Part shown: positions 1-9,087 of the stretch, piece by piece | How the letters are laid out: each line of letters begins with the position of its first letter | How positions within the stretch are numbered: position 1 is the first letter of the stretch | Source of the DNA: Minisyncoccia bacterium | GTDB taxonomy: Bacteria > Patescibacteriota > Minisyncoccia > Phycocordibacterales > UBA918 | Direction of reading: 5' to 3' | DNA length: 64,000 bases | Assembly (NCBI GenBank): GCA_041750655.1 | Contig: JBGSYZ010000015.1 | Location: 7,119-71,118 of the forward strand | Notes under the pieces: model-generated | Databases searched by the model: none | Told to the model about the DNA's origin: nothing | The model's input: only the letters and a program-made list of their open reading frames with translations | Translations under genes and position numbers: made by a program

Positions 1-51
1 ATGGCGTTCTCCCCAGCAACTTTTTACTGACTTTGTGGTTAAATACTAGAC

Positions 52-753
52 ATGTCTCATACACAGAATAATATCTCCTGCGTCGGTTTTATCATGGATG
101 GCAACCGCCGGTGGGCAAAAAATCAAGATAAACCGACTCTCGAAGGGCACAAAAAGGGAGCGGAAACCTTTAATGAAATAGCTAAAGCTGTTCGTGACCG
201 AGATATTCCGCATGCGGTATTTTTTGCTTTTTCCACCGAAAACTGGAATCGTAGTGAAGAAGAGGTTACGTATTTAATGGAGCTATTTCATGAAGCTCTA
301 GATGATGCCGAACAAAAACTCAATGATGACAAAGAAAAGAAAGTACGATTACGCATAGTGGGACGACGGGAAGATTTTGCTCCTGATCTCCAAGAGCGGA
401 TGACAGCGCTAGAAATGAAGAGTGACAATTTTGAAGAAGTACACACCACTATTTGGATAGCTCTTTCCTATGGTGGTCGGGCCGAGATTGTCGACGCAGT
501 AAATAAAGCAGTGGCTGCTGGAGAAGAAGTGAGCGAAGATACTTTTAATGATTTGTTGTGGACGGGAGAAATGCCTGACCCAGACATCATTATTCGCACC
601 AGTGGCGAACAACGTATTTCTAACTTTATGACATGGAAATCAGTCTACAGTGAGTTCTTCTTCACCGACACTTTGTGGCCGGCGTTTTCAGTTGAAGAGT
701 TTGATTCAATTCTAGCTGATTACCAGAATCGTCATCGTCGTAACGGTACGTAA
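52..753 (+). CDS. uppS: undecaprenyl diphosphate synthase (cis-prenyltransferase)
   Basis: N-terminal MDGNRRWA motif; the overall UppS pattern runs the full 233 aa. Confidence 0.9.
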   Translation: MSHTQNNISCVGFIMDGNRRWAKNQDKPTLEGHKKGAETFNEIAKAVRDRDIPHAVFFAFSTENWNRSEEEVTYLMELFHEALDDAEQKLNDDKEKKVRLRIVGRREDFAPDLQERMTALEMKSDNFEEVHTTIWIALSYGGRAEIVDAVNKAVAAGEEVSEDTFNDLLWTGEMPDPDIIIRTSGEQRISNFMTWKSVYSEFFFTDTLWPAFSVEEFDSILADYQNRHRRNGT

Positions 754-754
754 C

Positions 755-1792
755 ATGCAGCCTCCAGCAGATGTAAAAAAAATCATTGCCCCCTACACAA
801 TGGCCATAGATACTGAGTTACAAAAACTCTTTTTAAGTATGCCTGACTTAGCTATGTATAGTCACTTAGCCTATTTTATGGGTTTTAAAAACGAGCAACT
901 TGAGGAAGAAGTAGTATATGGCGGTAAACGATTTCGATCGAGTGCGATGCTGATGTTGGCGGATTGGTATGGTGTGAAAGAGCAGGCATTAGCATTTGCT
1001 ACTGCTTTGGAGCTGTATCATAACTTTACCCTTATTCATGATGATGTAGTCGATAGAGACACGCACCGTAGAGGTCGACCGACCGTCTGGCATCTTTTTG
1101 GTCATGATCATGCCATCAATAGTGGTGATGCACAAATGATTATGATGGCGCAGATGTTGGCGAATGCTGCCGGTTCATATGAGGCTGGAGCAAAAACCCA
1201 AAGGTTTTTGCTCCAGCAATTTTTAATAGTAGTAGAAGGCCAATACTTAGATTTTGAACTAACGACCGCCATGCTGGGAGATACAATGGTCACTCAGGTA
1301 GTGTACGAAGATATGATTCGTCGCAAAACAGCCGAATTAATAGTAGCGGCCACTAAAGGGGCTGGTATATTAGCTACACAAGATGAAAACGAATTGCTGC
1401 ACCTTGAAAATTATGGTCGCAATCTCGGGATGGCCTACCAAATTTGTGATGACGTGGTATCGATTTGGGCCGATTCTGACACTACCGGTAAACGTAACTA
1501 CGGTGATCTTAAGGAAAAGAAAAAAACCTTACCAGTGTTGTATGCGTATGAAAAACTAGCTGAACAACCACGTAAAGATTTGGAAAATTTGTATACCCAA
1601 GAAACTGTAACTGATTCGGATTGTGAAGCGGTCATTGCATTACTGGATAGCGTTGATACTAAGGTCAAGATGGAATCATTATTTACTACACAGGCCAAAG
1701 CAGCCAAAGAATCAGCTCAAGCTCTGTCTTTGCACCAAGAGCACAAAGACATTCTTTGTTCGCTCGTCGATAGTTTGCTTCCGAAAGTATAA
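755..1792 (+). CDS. trans-polyprenyl diphosphate synthase (FPP/GGPP/octaprenyl-type)
   Basis: Two aspartate-rich motifs (LIHDDVVDRD and ICDDVVS) typical of trans-IPPS. Start codon overlaps the uppS stop. Confidence 0.85.
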   Translation: MQPPADVKKIIAPYTMAIDTELQKLFLSMPDLAMYSHLAYFMGFKNEQLEEEVVYGGKRFRSSAMLMLADWYGVKEQALAFATALELYHNFTLIHDDVVDRDTHRRGRPTVWHLFGHDHAINSGDAQMIMMAQMLANAAGSYEAGAKTQRFLLQQFLIVVEGQYLDFELTTAMLGDTMVTQVVYEDMIRRKTAELIVAATKGAGILATQDENELLHLENYGRNLGMAYQICDDVVSIWADSDTTGKRNYGDLKEKKKTLPVLYAYEKLAEQPRKDLENLYTQETVTDSDCEAVIALLDSVDTKVKMESLFTTQAKAAKESAQALSLHQEHKDILCSLVDSLLPKV

Positions 1793-1810
1793 ACACGGTA
1801 TAAATGAGGT

Positions 1811-2551
1811 ATGGAACCAACAATTTTATTTGAGAATGATGACGTCTTAGTCATTGATAAACCATCCGGTATGCGAGTGCACAATGACGCCCATGGTGAG
1901 GGTAAGACGGTAGCGGAGTGGTTTTTAGGCCGCGAGCCGCAGGCTCGCGGCGTCGGCGAAGCCCAAACTCTACCAGATGGAACACCGTTGGAGCGTTCAG
2001 GTGTCGTGCATCGTCTCGACCGCGATACTTCCGGCGTTTTAATCCTGGCAAAAAATCAGCCAGCCTTTCTGCATCTGAAAAAACAATTTCACGATCGCTT
2101 AGCTCATAAAGAATACCGAGCTTTTGTGTATGGCCTGATGAAAGATAAATGGGGAACGATTGACCGACCGATTGGTCGGAGTAGCAAAAGTCCGAAGCTC
2201 CGTAGTGCGCAGCGAGGAGCAAAAGGTACCCTCCGCGAGGCTGTCACGAGCTGGGAACTGATTGGTCAAAGCTACTCACACGCCTACCTAAAACTTCGTC
2301 CAAAAACCGGTCGAACTCACCAGCTCAGGGTGCACCTCAAGGCAATCGATCGACCGATCGTGATGGATCCGCTCTACGCTACTGAACACCACCGTACTAC
2401 CATGGATACCCTCGGGTTTGACCGTTTAGCGCTCCATGCTCATGTTTTAGAAATTACGTTACCAAATGGTGAAGAAACGCGATTCATTGCTCCGATGCCG
2501 CAAATCTTTGAAGAAGCGGCTGAAAAACTGTTAGAGGATCAAATTAAGTAG
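1811..2551 (+). CDS. RluA-family pseudouridine synthase
   Basis: HRLDRDTSGVLILAKN catalytic-Asp motif; size typical of RluA/RluD-type enzymes. Confidence 0.85.
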   Translation: MEPTILFENDDVLVIDKPSGMRVHNDAHGEGKTVAEWFLGREPQARGVGEAQTLPDGTPLERSGVVHRLDRDTSGVLILAKNQPAFLHLKKQFHDRLAHKEYRAFVYGLMKDKWGTIDRPIGRSSKSPKLRSAQRGAKGTLREAVTSWELIGQSYSHAYLKLRPKTGRTHQLRVHLKAIDRPIVMDPLYATEHHRTTMDTLGFDRLALHAHVLEITLPNGEETRFIAPMPQIFEEAAEKLLEDQIK

Positions 2552-2617
2552 TTGATTCGTTTGATTTGCTGTGGTAGAGTACCGCACGCGTAGAAAACTC
2601 TTAACGCCTTTTTATTT

Positions 2618-3214
2618 ATGACAACAGCAACAGCAGGAATCAATATTTCTCCAGTAAATATGGAGGAACGACAGACTCTCGGCATCAAAGCCGGTGATAC
2701 TGTTCGTGTTCACCAAAAAATTCAAGATAAGGGTAAAACCCGTATTCAAGTATTTGAAGGACTCGTATTAGCACGTAAGCACGGTACGGAACCAGGGGCT
2801 ACTTTTACAGTACGAAAGGTGGCTAGTGGGGTTGGAGTGGAGAAGGTATTTCCACTGTACTCACCAAACATTGACAAGATAGAAATCGTTCGACGTTCTA
2901 AAGTACGGCGAGCAAAACTGTACTACATCCGTGAGAAAGTCGCTCGTGAAATCAAACGACAAATGCGTCGTATGCAAATGATGACCCTTTCAACTGAGTC
3001 TGCTACTGAAGTGGCTCAACAAGCTGAAAAGGATGCGGCCGAAGCCGCTGAAGCTGAAGCGAAGGCCGCCGAAGCAGCAGCACAGGAGGCTGAAGCAAAA
3101 GCAGCCGCCGAAGCAGCAGCTACACCAGTTGAAGAAACTCCTGAAGCCGAAAAGGTGGAAACAGAAACTCCAGAAGTTGCTCAAGAAACAAAAGAAGAAG
3201 AGAATAAGGGTTAA
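2618..3214 (+). CDS. rplS: ribosomal protein L19 with an Ala/Glu-rich C-terminal extension
   Basis: Core matches L19 (GDTVRV...RIQVFEGLV...[18 protein letters not shown]...[17 protein letters not shown]). The last ~75 aa are a low-complexity [12 protein letters not shown] tail. Confidence 0.9.
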   Translation: MTTATAGINISPVNMEERQTLGIKAGDTVRVHQKIQDKGKTRIQVFEGLVLARKHGTEPGATFTVRKVASGVGVEKVFPLYSPNIDKIEIVRRSKVRRAKLYYIREKVAREIKRQMRRMQMMTLSTESATEVAQQAEKDAAEAAEAEAKAAEAAAQEAEAKAAAEAAATPVEETPEAEKVETETPEVAQETKEEENKG

Positions 3215-3237
3215 TACTATATCTAATAGTAAACAAA

Positions 3238-3266
3238 AGCCGGCACCTCTAGGCGCCGGCTTTTTG
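3238..3266 (+). terminator. rho-independent terminator after rplS
   Basis: agccggc-N9-gccggct stem followed by TTTTT. Confidence 0.7.
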
Positions 3267-3317
3267 TTTGCAAAAGAAAAAAAAGTCTTTAGAATAGACA
3301 CACTTTGAAAGAAGTAT

Positions 3318-3401
3318 GCCCAGGTGGCGAAATTGGTAGACGCGCATCCTTGAGGGGGATGTGGGAGTAATCCTGTGCTGGTTCAACTCCAGTCCTGGGC
3401 A
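3318..3401 (+). tRNA. tRNA-Leu (anticodon GAG)
   Basis: Acceptor stem gcccagg/cctgggc; D-loop GGTAGA; anticodon stem catcc/ggatg with loop ttGAGgg; long variable arm; T-arm GGTTCAACTCC. 84 nt. Confidence 0.8.
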
Positions 3402-3721
3402 CAAAACGTGAAAGAAAAAGATCCCTGCGGATCTTTTTCTAGTTTTGTGAGACGGAGACATGTTTTTGCTATTACAAATGCAAAAACGGTCGAGTCAGGG
3501 CAGCAAGTACTTAGGAATGTAACGACTTAGTAACTTGCGCCAGAGAGACTGCTTTGCTTTCGTGCCGTTGTGCCAAGCGGAGTTATATTTTTATTATTTA
3601 TAATATAAAAATAAACGAGCTGGGCTTGCAGGTTGTTAGAGCGTAGCGAGTTACAAACTTGATGGTACAAAACTAAAAAGCTATCACTTGACAAACCTAA
3701 AAATAAGCGTACTTTGCGGGT

Positions 3722-4057
3722 ATGAAGGCAGGGCTTTGTATAGCTATCATTCTAGTTTCAGGCGCAATTATACCGGCGCCACTTTTTGCCGCACCGGCTC
3801 TTGACCCCTATACAGCTGAAAATTTTTGGTTGTTGCCTCACACTCAACCGGCTTGGTTTGAGACCGACGGAAACGGTGGTTTTTATGGAGAGACAATTGA
3901 CGGTGTGGCTTTTTCTCAATCTTCGGTCGCTAATATAGTGGGAATAAAACTTCAAAAATTCTCTATCGGTACAGCCAACATCTATATTTCAAACAAAGGT
4001 ATCATCGATGCATCAAATGATTTAGCTGCGGTTTCTATGTACCTAACGCTAATGTAA
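3722..4057 (+). CDS. hypothetical secreted protein (signal peptide)
   Basis: N-terminal hydrophobic segment ending in an AAP motif; no recognisable domain. Confidence 0.35.
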   Translation: MKAGLCIAIILVSGAIIPAPLFAAPALDPYTAENFWLLPHTQPAWFETDGNGGFYGETIDGVAFSQSSVANIVGIKLQKFSIGTANIYISNKGIIDASNDLAAVSMYLTLM

Positions 4058-4088
4058 TATTATCGGTATTTATGCCATACTAGCAGTC

Positions 4089-4538
4089 ATGAAACGAGCC
4101 CGCGTCTATTCATATGGAATGATTCCAGTTCACCAAACAGTCAACGGACCGGAGGTGTTACTTGTCGAGCAGTATAGTGCCGAAGGGACCTATTGGGGTT
4201 TTCCTAAGGGTAAGACAGAGCCTGGAGAAGAACCTCTAGAAACTGCTACACGAGAAGCTAAAGAAGAAGCAGGTATTTCTTTTTCAAACATACTCGAAGG
4301 GGCGCATTTTACGCTCAACTATTCATTTACCTACGAAGATACCATTGTCGACAAGACCGTTACATATTTTATTGGCTTTGTTGATAATCCTGGTTTGGCG
4401 CTACGGGAAAACGAAATTAAAAACGCTGGCTGGTACAAACTCGGTGAAGCTCGTGAGCGTTTGTCTCATCTCAACACAAAAGAGATGTTTGATGCCGCTA
4501 CGTTATACCTAAATAATTATCTTAGAAATGAAACGTAA
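4089..4538 (+). CDS. NUDIX hydrolase
   Basis: Nudix box GFPKGKTEPGEEPLETATREAKEEAGI (GX5EX7REUXEEXGU). Confidence 0.85.
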   Translation: MKRARVYSYGMIPVHQTVNGPEVLLVEQYSAEGTYWGFPKGKTEPGEEPLETATREAKEEAGISFSNILEGAHFTLNYSFTYEDTIVDKTVTYFIGFVDNPGLALRENEIKNAGWYKLGEARERLSHLNTKEMFDAATLYLNNYLRNET

Positions 4539-5271
4539 CACTCGAGGAAACACCAGCGCTGATTATATTTACGGCAAGCACGCGGTGGCGGAGGCACTCA
4601 AGTATCGGCCTGATGTGGTGCGGACGCTGCTTATAGAATCCGGTAAACACGCCGACCTAAAATCACTAGCTGATGTTCCGACCGGTGTGCTCAATCTTCG
4701 CCAAATGCCGGGCGGTATTTCCCCAGAAGCAGTGCATCAAGGTGTGGTGGCAGAAATTGATACTAAAAAATTGATGGTTCAGTACAAGGACTTTATGAAT
4801 AGTTTGGAGATTACCCCGAACACTGCCGTCGCTGTGTTGGGCGAGATTCAAGATCCTCATAATGTTGGAGCTATCATCCGCAGTGCCGCTGGGTTTGGTC
4901 TCGCTGGAGTATTTATTCCACCGCACCGCCAAGCTTCAGTCACCGCGACGGTCATTAAAGTATCAGCCGGGATGGCGTTTCGAATCCCGTTGATTGAAAT
5001 AAAAAATGTAAATGCCACCGTACGAGATTTAAAAGAACGTGGTTTTTGGTCATACGGTTTGGCAGGCGAAGGGGATGTCAGTTTGCCTGATGAAAAATTT
5101 GACCGACCGAGTGTCTTTGTGGTTGGCAATGAAGGTGATGGCTTGCGTGAGAAAACTCGTGAGGTTTGCGACACGCTTATTTCTATTCCAATTGATGAAC
5201 GTTGCGAATCCCTCAACGCCAGCAACGCCGCCGCTGTGACTTTTTACGGTTGGCGTGTTCAAAGAAAATAA
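4528..5271 (+). CDS. SpoU/TrmH-family rRNA 2'-O-methyltransferase (RlmB-like)
   Basis: N-terminal IYGKHAVAEAL substrate-binding domain; SPOUT motifs IQDPHNVGAIIRSAAGFG and VVGNEGDGL...ISIPI. Confidence 0.85.
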   Translation: MKRNTRGNTSADYIYGKHAVAEALKYRPDVVRTLLIESGKHADLKSLADVPTGVLNLRQMPGGISPEAVHQGVVAEIDTKKLMVQYKDFMNSLEITPNTAVAVLGEIQDPHNVGAIIRSAAGFGLAGVFIPPHRQASVTATVIKVSAGMAFRIPLIEIKNVNATVRDLKERGFWSYGLAGEGDVSLPDEKFDRPSVFVVGNEGDGLREKTREVCDTLISIPIDERCESLNASNAAAVTFYGWRVQRK

Positions 5272-5273
5272 AA

Positions 5274-5999
5274 TCAACGCTTCAGTTTACGAAACAGCAT
5301 CATAAATAAATCTTTTTGAAACTTGGCTATTGTTGGATTTTCAATAACGGTGGCAATTGGTTGAGTGTAATCGATGAAAGCTATTTTGTTGCCGTAAATA
5401 ATCTGAGAAATGCCATAGCTAAAGGGTAGAAATTCTTCTGGTACAACACGAAGAGATTCCTCGAGAGATGGTTCTCGTGAGGCGACATAGTCTGGATTAG
5501 TAATTACTAAACGTTCCAACTGCATTGCGTCGCGCATTTTTTCGTACTCTTTGGGTAAGCCTACGGTCAAAATATGTTCAGAACTTTCTGAGCTATAGCG
5601 ATAAAATTCGTCACCTTTTTTTAGAGTTTGTAAAATATCTTCAAATACTGCGTATACTCCAGCTTTACCGTCTAATCTTTTTACAATTGGTTTTGTATTA
5701 TTTTGTAGCTGGTTTAATTGAGGAATAACAGTATTTAATTCTTCATGCACTACATCCAAGAGTGATCGTAAACGTTCTGGAGGTTCAGCTGCGTAGTGGG
5801 TAAGTTTTCCTACTTGGCGCTCACTAATGAGGCCTTTGTCTTTAAGGTGGGGAAGGGCGCGGTAGATGGCTGGTCGGTGTAATTTGCTGGTACGAGAAAT
5901 ACTCGAGATAGTCTGAGTACCATATGTAAGGAGATCCATATAAATACCAATTTCAGTTTTATTAAGCCCAATAGCCTGTAATAGAGTAGTTATTTGCAT
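5274..5999 (-). CDS. TrmB-family HTH transcriptional regulator
   Basis: N-terminal winged-HTH pattern (LGLNKTEIGIYMDLL...ISSISRTSKLHRPAIYRALPHLKDKGLI) followed by a TrmB-like C-terminal domain. Confidence 0.55.
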   Translation of the reverse strand: MQITTLLQAIGLNKTEIGIYMDLLTYGTQTISSISRTSKLHRPAIYRALPHLKDKGLISERQVGKLTHYAAEPPERLRSLLDVVHEELNTVIPQLNQLQNNTKPIVKRLDGKAGVYAVFEDILQTLKKGDEFYRYSSESSEHILTVGLPKEYEKMRDAMQLERLVITNPDYVASREPSLEESLRVVPEEFLPFSYGISQIIYGNKIAFIDYTQPIATVIENPTIAKFQKDLFMMLFRKLKR

Positions 6000-6372
6000 A
6001 AAATGTATTAAATTACTACAACTTTTTATAAGTTATAATATGCTTATTTGTATTGATTGTAACATGTATTTAAATTATACACAGTACATTTTGTATTATA
6101 TTTTTACACAATTTAAATAGAATAAATTATAGTGTAGGTGTAGTTAAGGAAACAAAACCAAGACAACTACTAGCACCTTACAACGTACTAAATCTGACAA
6201 CCGAAGGAAGGTTCCTTGCAAGGCTTTTCTTATGGGGTGTTTTAGTCAGATTTAGCATCACATACAGAAAAGCCCTGCAACGAGCGCTTCCTTACGGAAG
6301 CGCTCGTTCGTGTCCCGGCTCTAGGGTAGGGTCGGGTGGTGACGCGAAGCATCTTGTAATAAGGAGTATCCA

Positions 6373-6612
6373 ATGGATTGGATTCAAGTGGCTAGTTTGT
6401 CGCTCTTAGTTGGCGGGTACCTATGGTTTCGCTGTGCACGGATCAGACGACTGAGTCATTCGTTCATTGGGTGGCTCAAGTCTGAACCGGAAGAGGTGAA
6501 AATTGTGTTCACTCGGCCTGGTCAACAGAAAAAGAGACCAGGTGTACTGATAGACGGTGTTCCGTACCGTGATATCACCGATGAGCGATCAATCGAAAAG
6601 TTTGAGGACTGA
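6373..6612 (+). CDS. hypothetical small membrane protein (GC-rich island)
   Basis: ORF with one TM segment; AGGAG RBS 8 nt upstream; lies in the GC-rich segment. Confidence 0.3.
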   Translation: MDWIQVASLSLLVGGYLWFRCARIRRLSHSFIGWLKSEPEEVKIVFTRPGQQKKRPGVLIDGVPYRDITDERSIEKFED

Positions 6613-6747
6613 CATGCTCACTTTACTGTTCATCTACAAATGTCTCACTCTGCTCGGAATTATGGCTGTGCACCGACTCCTGCTTCGGTGAGTTGGTCGG
6701 TGGGCGGCTTTGCCGCCCACCCTCTTAACAACTCGTTCTTTTTTAAG

Positions 6748-6806
6748 TAAATCTGAACGTTCCTTCTGAGTGCTGCTCGGATACAATCGAGCAGCTTTCT
6801 AAGGAG
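6748..6806 (+). repeat. 58-bp direct repeat (copy 1): 5' leader with hairpin and AGGAG
   Basis: aaatctgaacgttccttctgagtgctgctcggatacaatcgagcagctttctaaggag is identical to the copy at 7308-7366. Contains an 8-bp stem gctgctcg/cgagcagc. Confidence 0.9.
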
Positions 6807-6881
6807 CGAATGCTCCCACGCGTTCCGTAGCCATGTTGGCTCGGATGATAACGCAGTGTTCCTTACATGGAGGAAGAAAAA

Positions 6882-7220
6882 ATGCTGATGTTCTTGCAGT
6901 TTGTAATCGGGGCGCTGCTCGCCGCGGCTGGCTATGCAGTCTGGTACGCTGGACGCAATGTCGCCTGGAAAGCGCGCCTCGAACGGAACTTCCTAATGCC
7001 GGGCGACGACCTCTTCGCGCGCAAACGTGCCTACAGCGGCTACGTGCGGTGGCTTCGCTATGTCGCATTTCCGACCGGGCTCGTGATGCTCGTTCCGACA
7101 CCACTCATGCACGATGTGATCCTCGGCCTCATCGCTGCCGGCCTCTTCTGGTGGATGAATCGCCAAAAGGTGGCCTATGACCAGGCGGTCACGACAGCCA
7201 ATAAACGTTCGACGAAGTAG
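6882..7220 (+). CDS. hypothetical membrane protein (2 TM)
   Basis: ORF track begins at 6867; the GGAGG-supported ATG is at 6882. About 62% GC. Confidence 0.4.
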   Translation: MLMFLQFVIGALLAAAGYAVWYAGRNVAWKARLERNFLMPGDDLFARKRAYSGYVRWLRYVAFPTGLVMLVPTPLMHDVILGLIAAGLFWWMNRQKVAYDQAVTTANKRSTK

Positions 7221-7307
7221 TGTTTATCGCTCGTAGGTAACATTCAAACACATGACCTGGCGGCAGTTCGCCAGGTCATACCATCACAGCTATTGATTTC
7301 TTCTAAC

Positions 7308-7366
7308 CAATAAATCTGAACGTTCCTTCTGAGTGCTGCTCGGATACAATCGAGCAGCTTTCTAAG
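7308..7366 (+). repeat. 58-bp direct repeat (copy 2), upstream of the SPFH gene
   Basis: Identical to 6748-6806. Confidence 0.9.
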
Positions 7367-7420
7367 GAGTGTAAAAACTCTTTCATGTTCCACCACTATA
7401 TCGGTGTGGGAGATAACATG

Positions 7421-8383
7421 AAGCACTTTGAAATGCCAAAGGAGGCAATCAAGATGGAAACTCAATTTCCTGTCAAAAAAATCACCACTACTGCAGCCGC
7501 AGCCCTGGCTGCTGCCATCATCGTCTTCGGTTCAATCTATGTTGTTTCTGAAGGTGAACGTGGCGTGCTTACCCGCAACGGTGCGTTTGTTGCGGTCAAA
7601 GAACCCGGTCTCGGCTTCAAGGTTCCGATTATCGACAGTGTGACCGACATGGAAATTCGTAACATGCGGATTGAAGTGCCGGTGCATGTCTACAGTTCGG
7701 ACACACAGCAGTACGAAGCCGCAGTGTCGGTCAACTATGATCTCAACCCTGCGGAAGTCGAACGGATCTTCAAGTCGGAAGGTGTCTACTATGCCGACCG
7801 GCGTCTGAAGCCACTTGTCGAGACCATCCTTAAGGAGGTGGCAGGCAAGTATTCTGCTCAGCGCACCATCCAGGAACGTGATGTTTTCGGTGCCGCCGTA
7901 CGCGATGCTATCCGCGAGGAAGCGCAAAGCTATGGCATTAACGTGACTGAGGTGCAAATCACCAACATCGATTTCACCGACCAGTTCGAGAATGCTATCG
8001 AAACGGCTATGCTGGCGAAAGCCAAGGTCGAAGAGGAACGTAACATCCTCGAGCAGAAGCGTATTCAGGCTGAGACGCGCGTCGTTGAAGCTACCGCCCA
8101 AGCTAATGCACTGCGTGAGCAGGCAAAAGGTGAAGCGGACGCTAAGCGGACGCAAGCTGAAGCTGAAGCAACCCGCATCTCTCAAATCGGGCAAGCTGAA
8201 GCTGATGCTATCCAAAAGAAGGCTAATGCACTTCGCGACAACCCAGAACTGACCGCCTACACCTATTCTTTGGCGGCGCAGAATTGGGATGGCGCCTTGC
8301 CGACACAATTTGTGCCGGGTTCGACGCTTCCGATTCTAAATGTTGCACCCAAGGGTGATAATTCCACTCTTGTGGGCAACTGA
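7421..8383 (+). CDS. SPFH/band-7 (prohibitin/HflK-HflC-like) membrane protein
   Basis: N-terminal TM, SPFH domain (GERGVLTRNGAF...VPIIDSV...) and a C-terminal Ala/Glu-rich coiled coil. Start is uncertain (7385, 7421 or 7454; the last two have an RBS). Confidence 0.8.
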   Translation, partial: KHFEMPKEAIKMETQFPVKKITTTAAAALAAAIIVFGSIYVVSEGERGVLTRNGAFVAVKEPGLGFKVPIIDSVTDMEIRNMRIEVPVHVYSSDTQQYEAAVSVNYDLNPAEVERIFKSEGVYYADRRLKPLVETILKEVAGKYSAQRTIQERDVFGAAVRDAIREEAQSYGINVTEVQITNIDFTDQFENAIETAMLAKAKVEEERNILEQKRIQAETRVVEATAQANALREQAKGEADAKRTQAEAEATRISQIGQAEADAIQKKANALRDNPELTAYTYSLAAQNWDGALPTQFVPGSTLPILNVAPKGDNSTLVGN

Positions 8384-8428
8384 TCTTTAACCACGGTGAA
8401 TCCGGTTTACTCCGGGCTCACCCAACTC

Positions 8429-8460
8429 AAAACCCGACGGTTATTCCGTCGGGTTTTTCT
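8429..8460 (+). terminator. rho-independent terminator
   Basis: aacccgacgg-ttatt-ccgtcgggtt followed by a T-run. Confidence 0.7.
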
Positions 8461-8478
8461 GTACACGCTAATGAAAAT

Positions 8479-8643
8479 CTATTGAGAAATTTTAAACCCA
8501 ATCCAAATACCAATTACTGCCCCAACTGCATTAAAAATAATAGATGAAAATGAAAAGTATGAAGCACCCCACAACAGAGGGATGTAACCGCCAGCTGTTC
8601 CACCAATAGCCATAAAAAGCCAGATTATCTTTTTTGATTGCAT
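8479..8643 (-). CDS. hypothetical 54-aa two-TM membrane peptide
   Basis: Translated by hand (MQSKKIIWLFMAIGGTAGGY...GFKISQ); below the ORF-track cutoff; glycine-zipper-like hydrophobic helices. Confidence 0.3.
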   Translation of the reverse strand: MQSKKIIWLFMAIGGTAGGYIPLLWGASYFSFSSIIFNAVGAVIGIWIGFKISQ

Positions 8644-8736
8644 GTAGATAATTATATACAGTATTTATGTGATTATTAAGTTCATGCTACAATAAATTTT
8701 TAGAAGTGCTCCACCAAAATTAAGAAGGGATAGCCG

Positions 8737-9039
8737 ATGAATATGGAGGCAGATATACTTACGTGCCGTCTGGCTGAAGCTGGTCTGTATGTAACCAGTT
8801 GTTCTCCAATGTATTCTGGAGGGCAGCAGTATCGGTATACACTGCGCAAGCATAGTAGCGGGTTATTCATTGCTTTTTTCTGCTGGTATGAAAAACTGGC
8901 AGTTGAGCGTAGTTTTAATCCGAAGCCACGAGAGGTAAAGGTAACAACTGAAATAACTCGAGCCGATGTATCCTCAGTGGTACATGCATCAGCAGTGGAG
9001 TGGCTTCAGGTTTTGCACCGACGGCACCCAATTCGATAA
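8737..9039 (+). CDS. hypothetical protein
   Basis: ORF ending at a strong hairpin terminator (9041-9076); no recognised domain. Confidence 0.3.
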   Translation: MNMEADILTCRLAEAGLYVTSCSPMYSGGQQYRYTLRKHSSGLFIAFFCWYEKLAVERSFNPKPREVKVTTEITRADVSSVVHASAVEWLQVLHRRHPIR

Positions 9040-9040
9040 A

Positions 9041-9076
9041 GGCCGCCCGCATAGCGGGCGGCCAAAATTATTTTTT
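9041..9076. terminator. bidirectional hairpin terminator
   Basis: ggccgcccgc-ata-gcgggcggcc, with an A-run on one side and a T-run on the other. Confidence 0.7.
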
Positions 9077-9087
9077 AAGGCACTAGA

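Noticed and set aside
1851-2222. Minus-strand ORF of 123 aa inside rluA.
   Set aside because: Antisense to a well-supported gene, with an Arg-rich GC-frame artefact.
7532-8308. 258-aa minus-strand ORF antisense to the SPFH gene.
   Set aside because: Lies in the GC-rich region where long spurious ORFs are expected; the sense strand has clear SPFH homology and an RBS.
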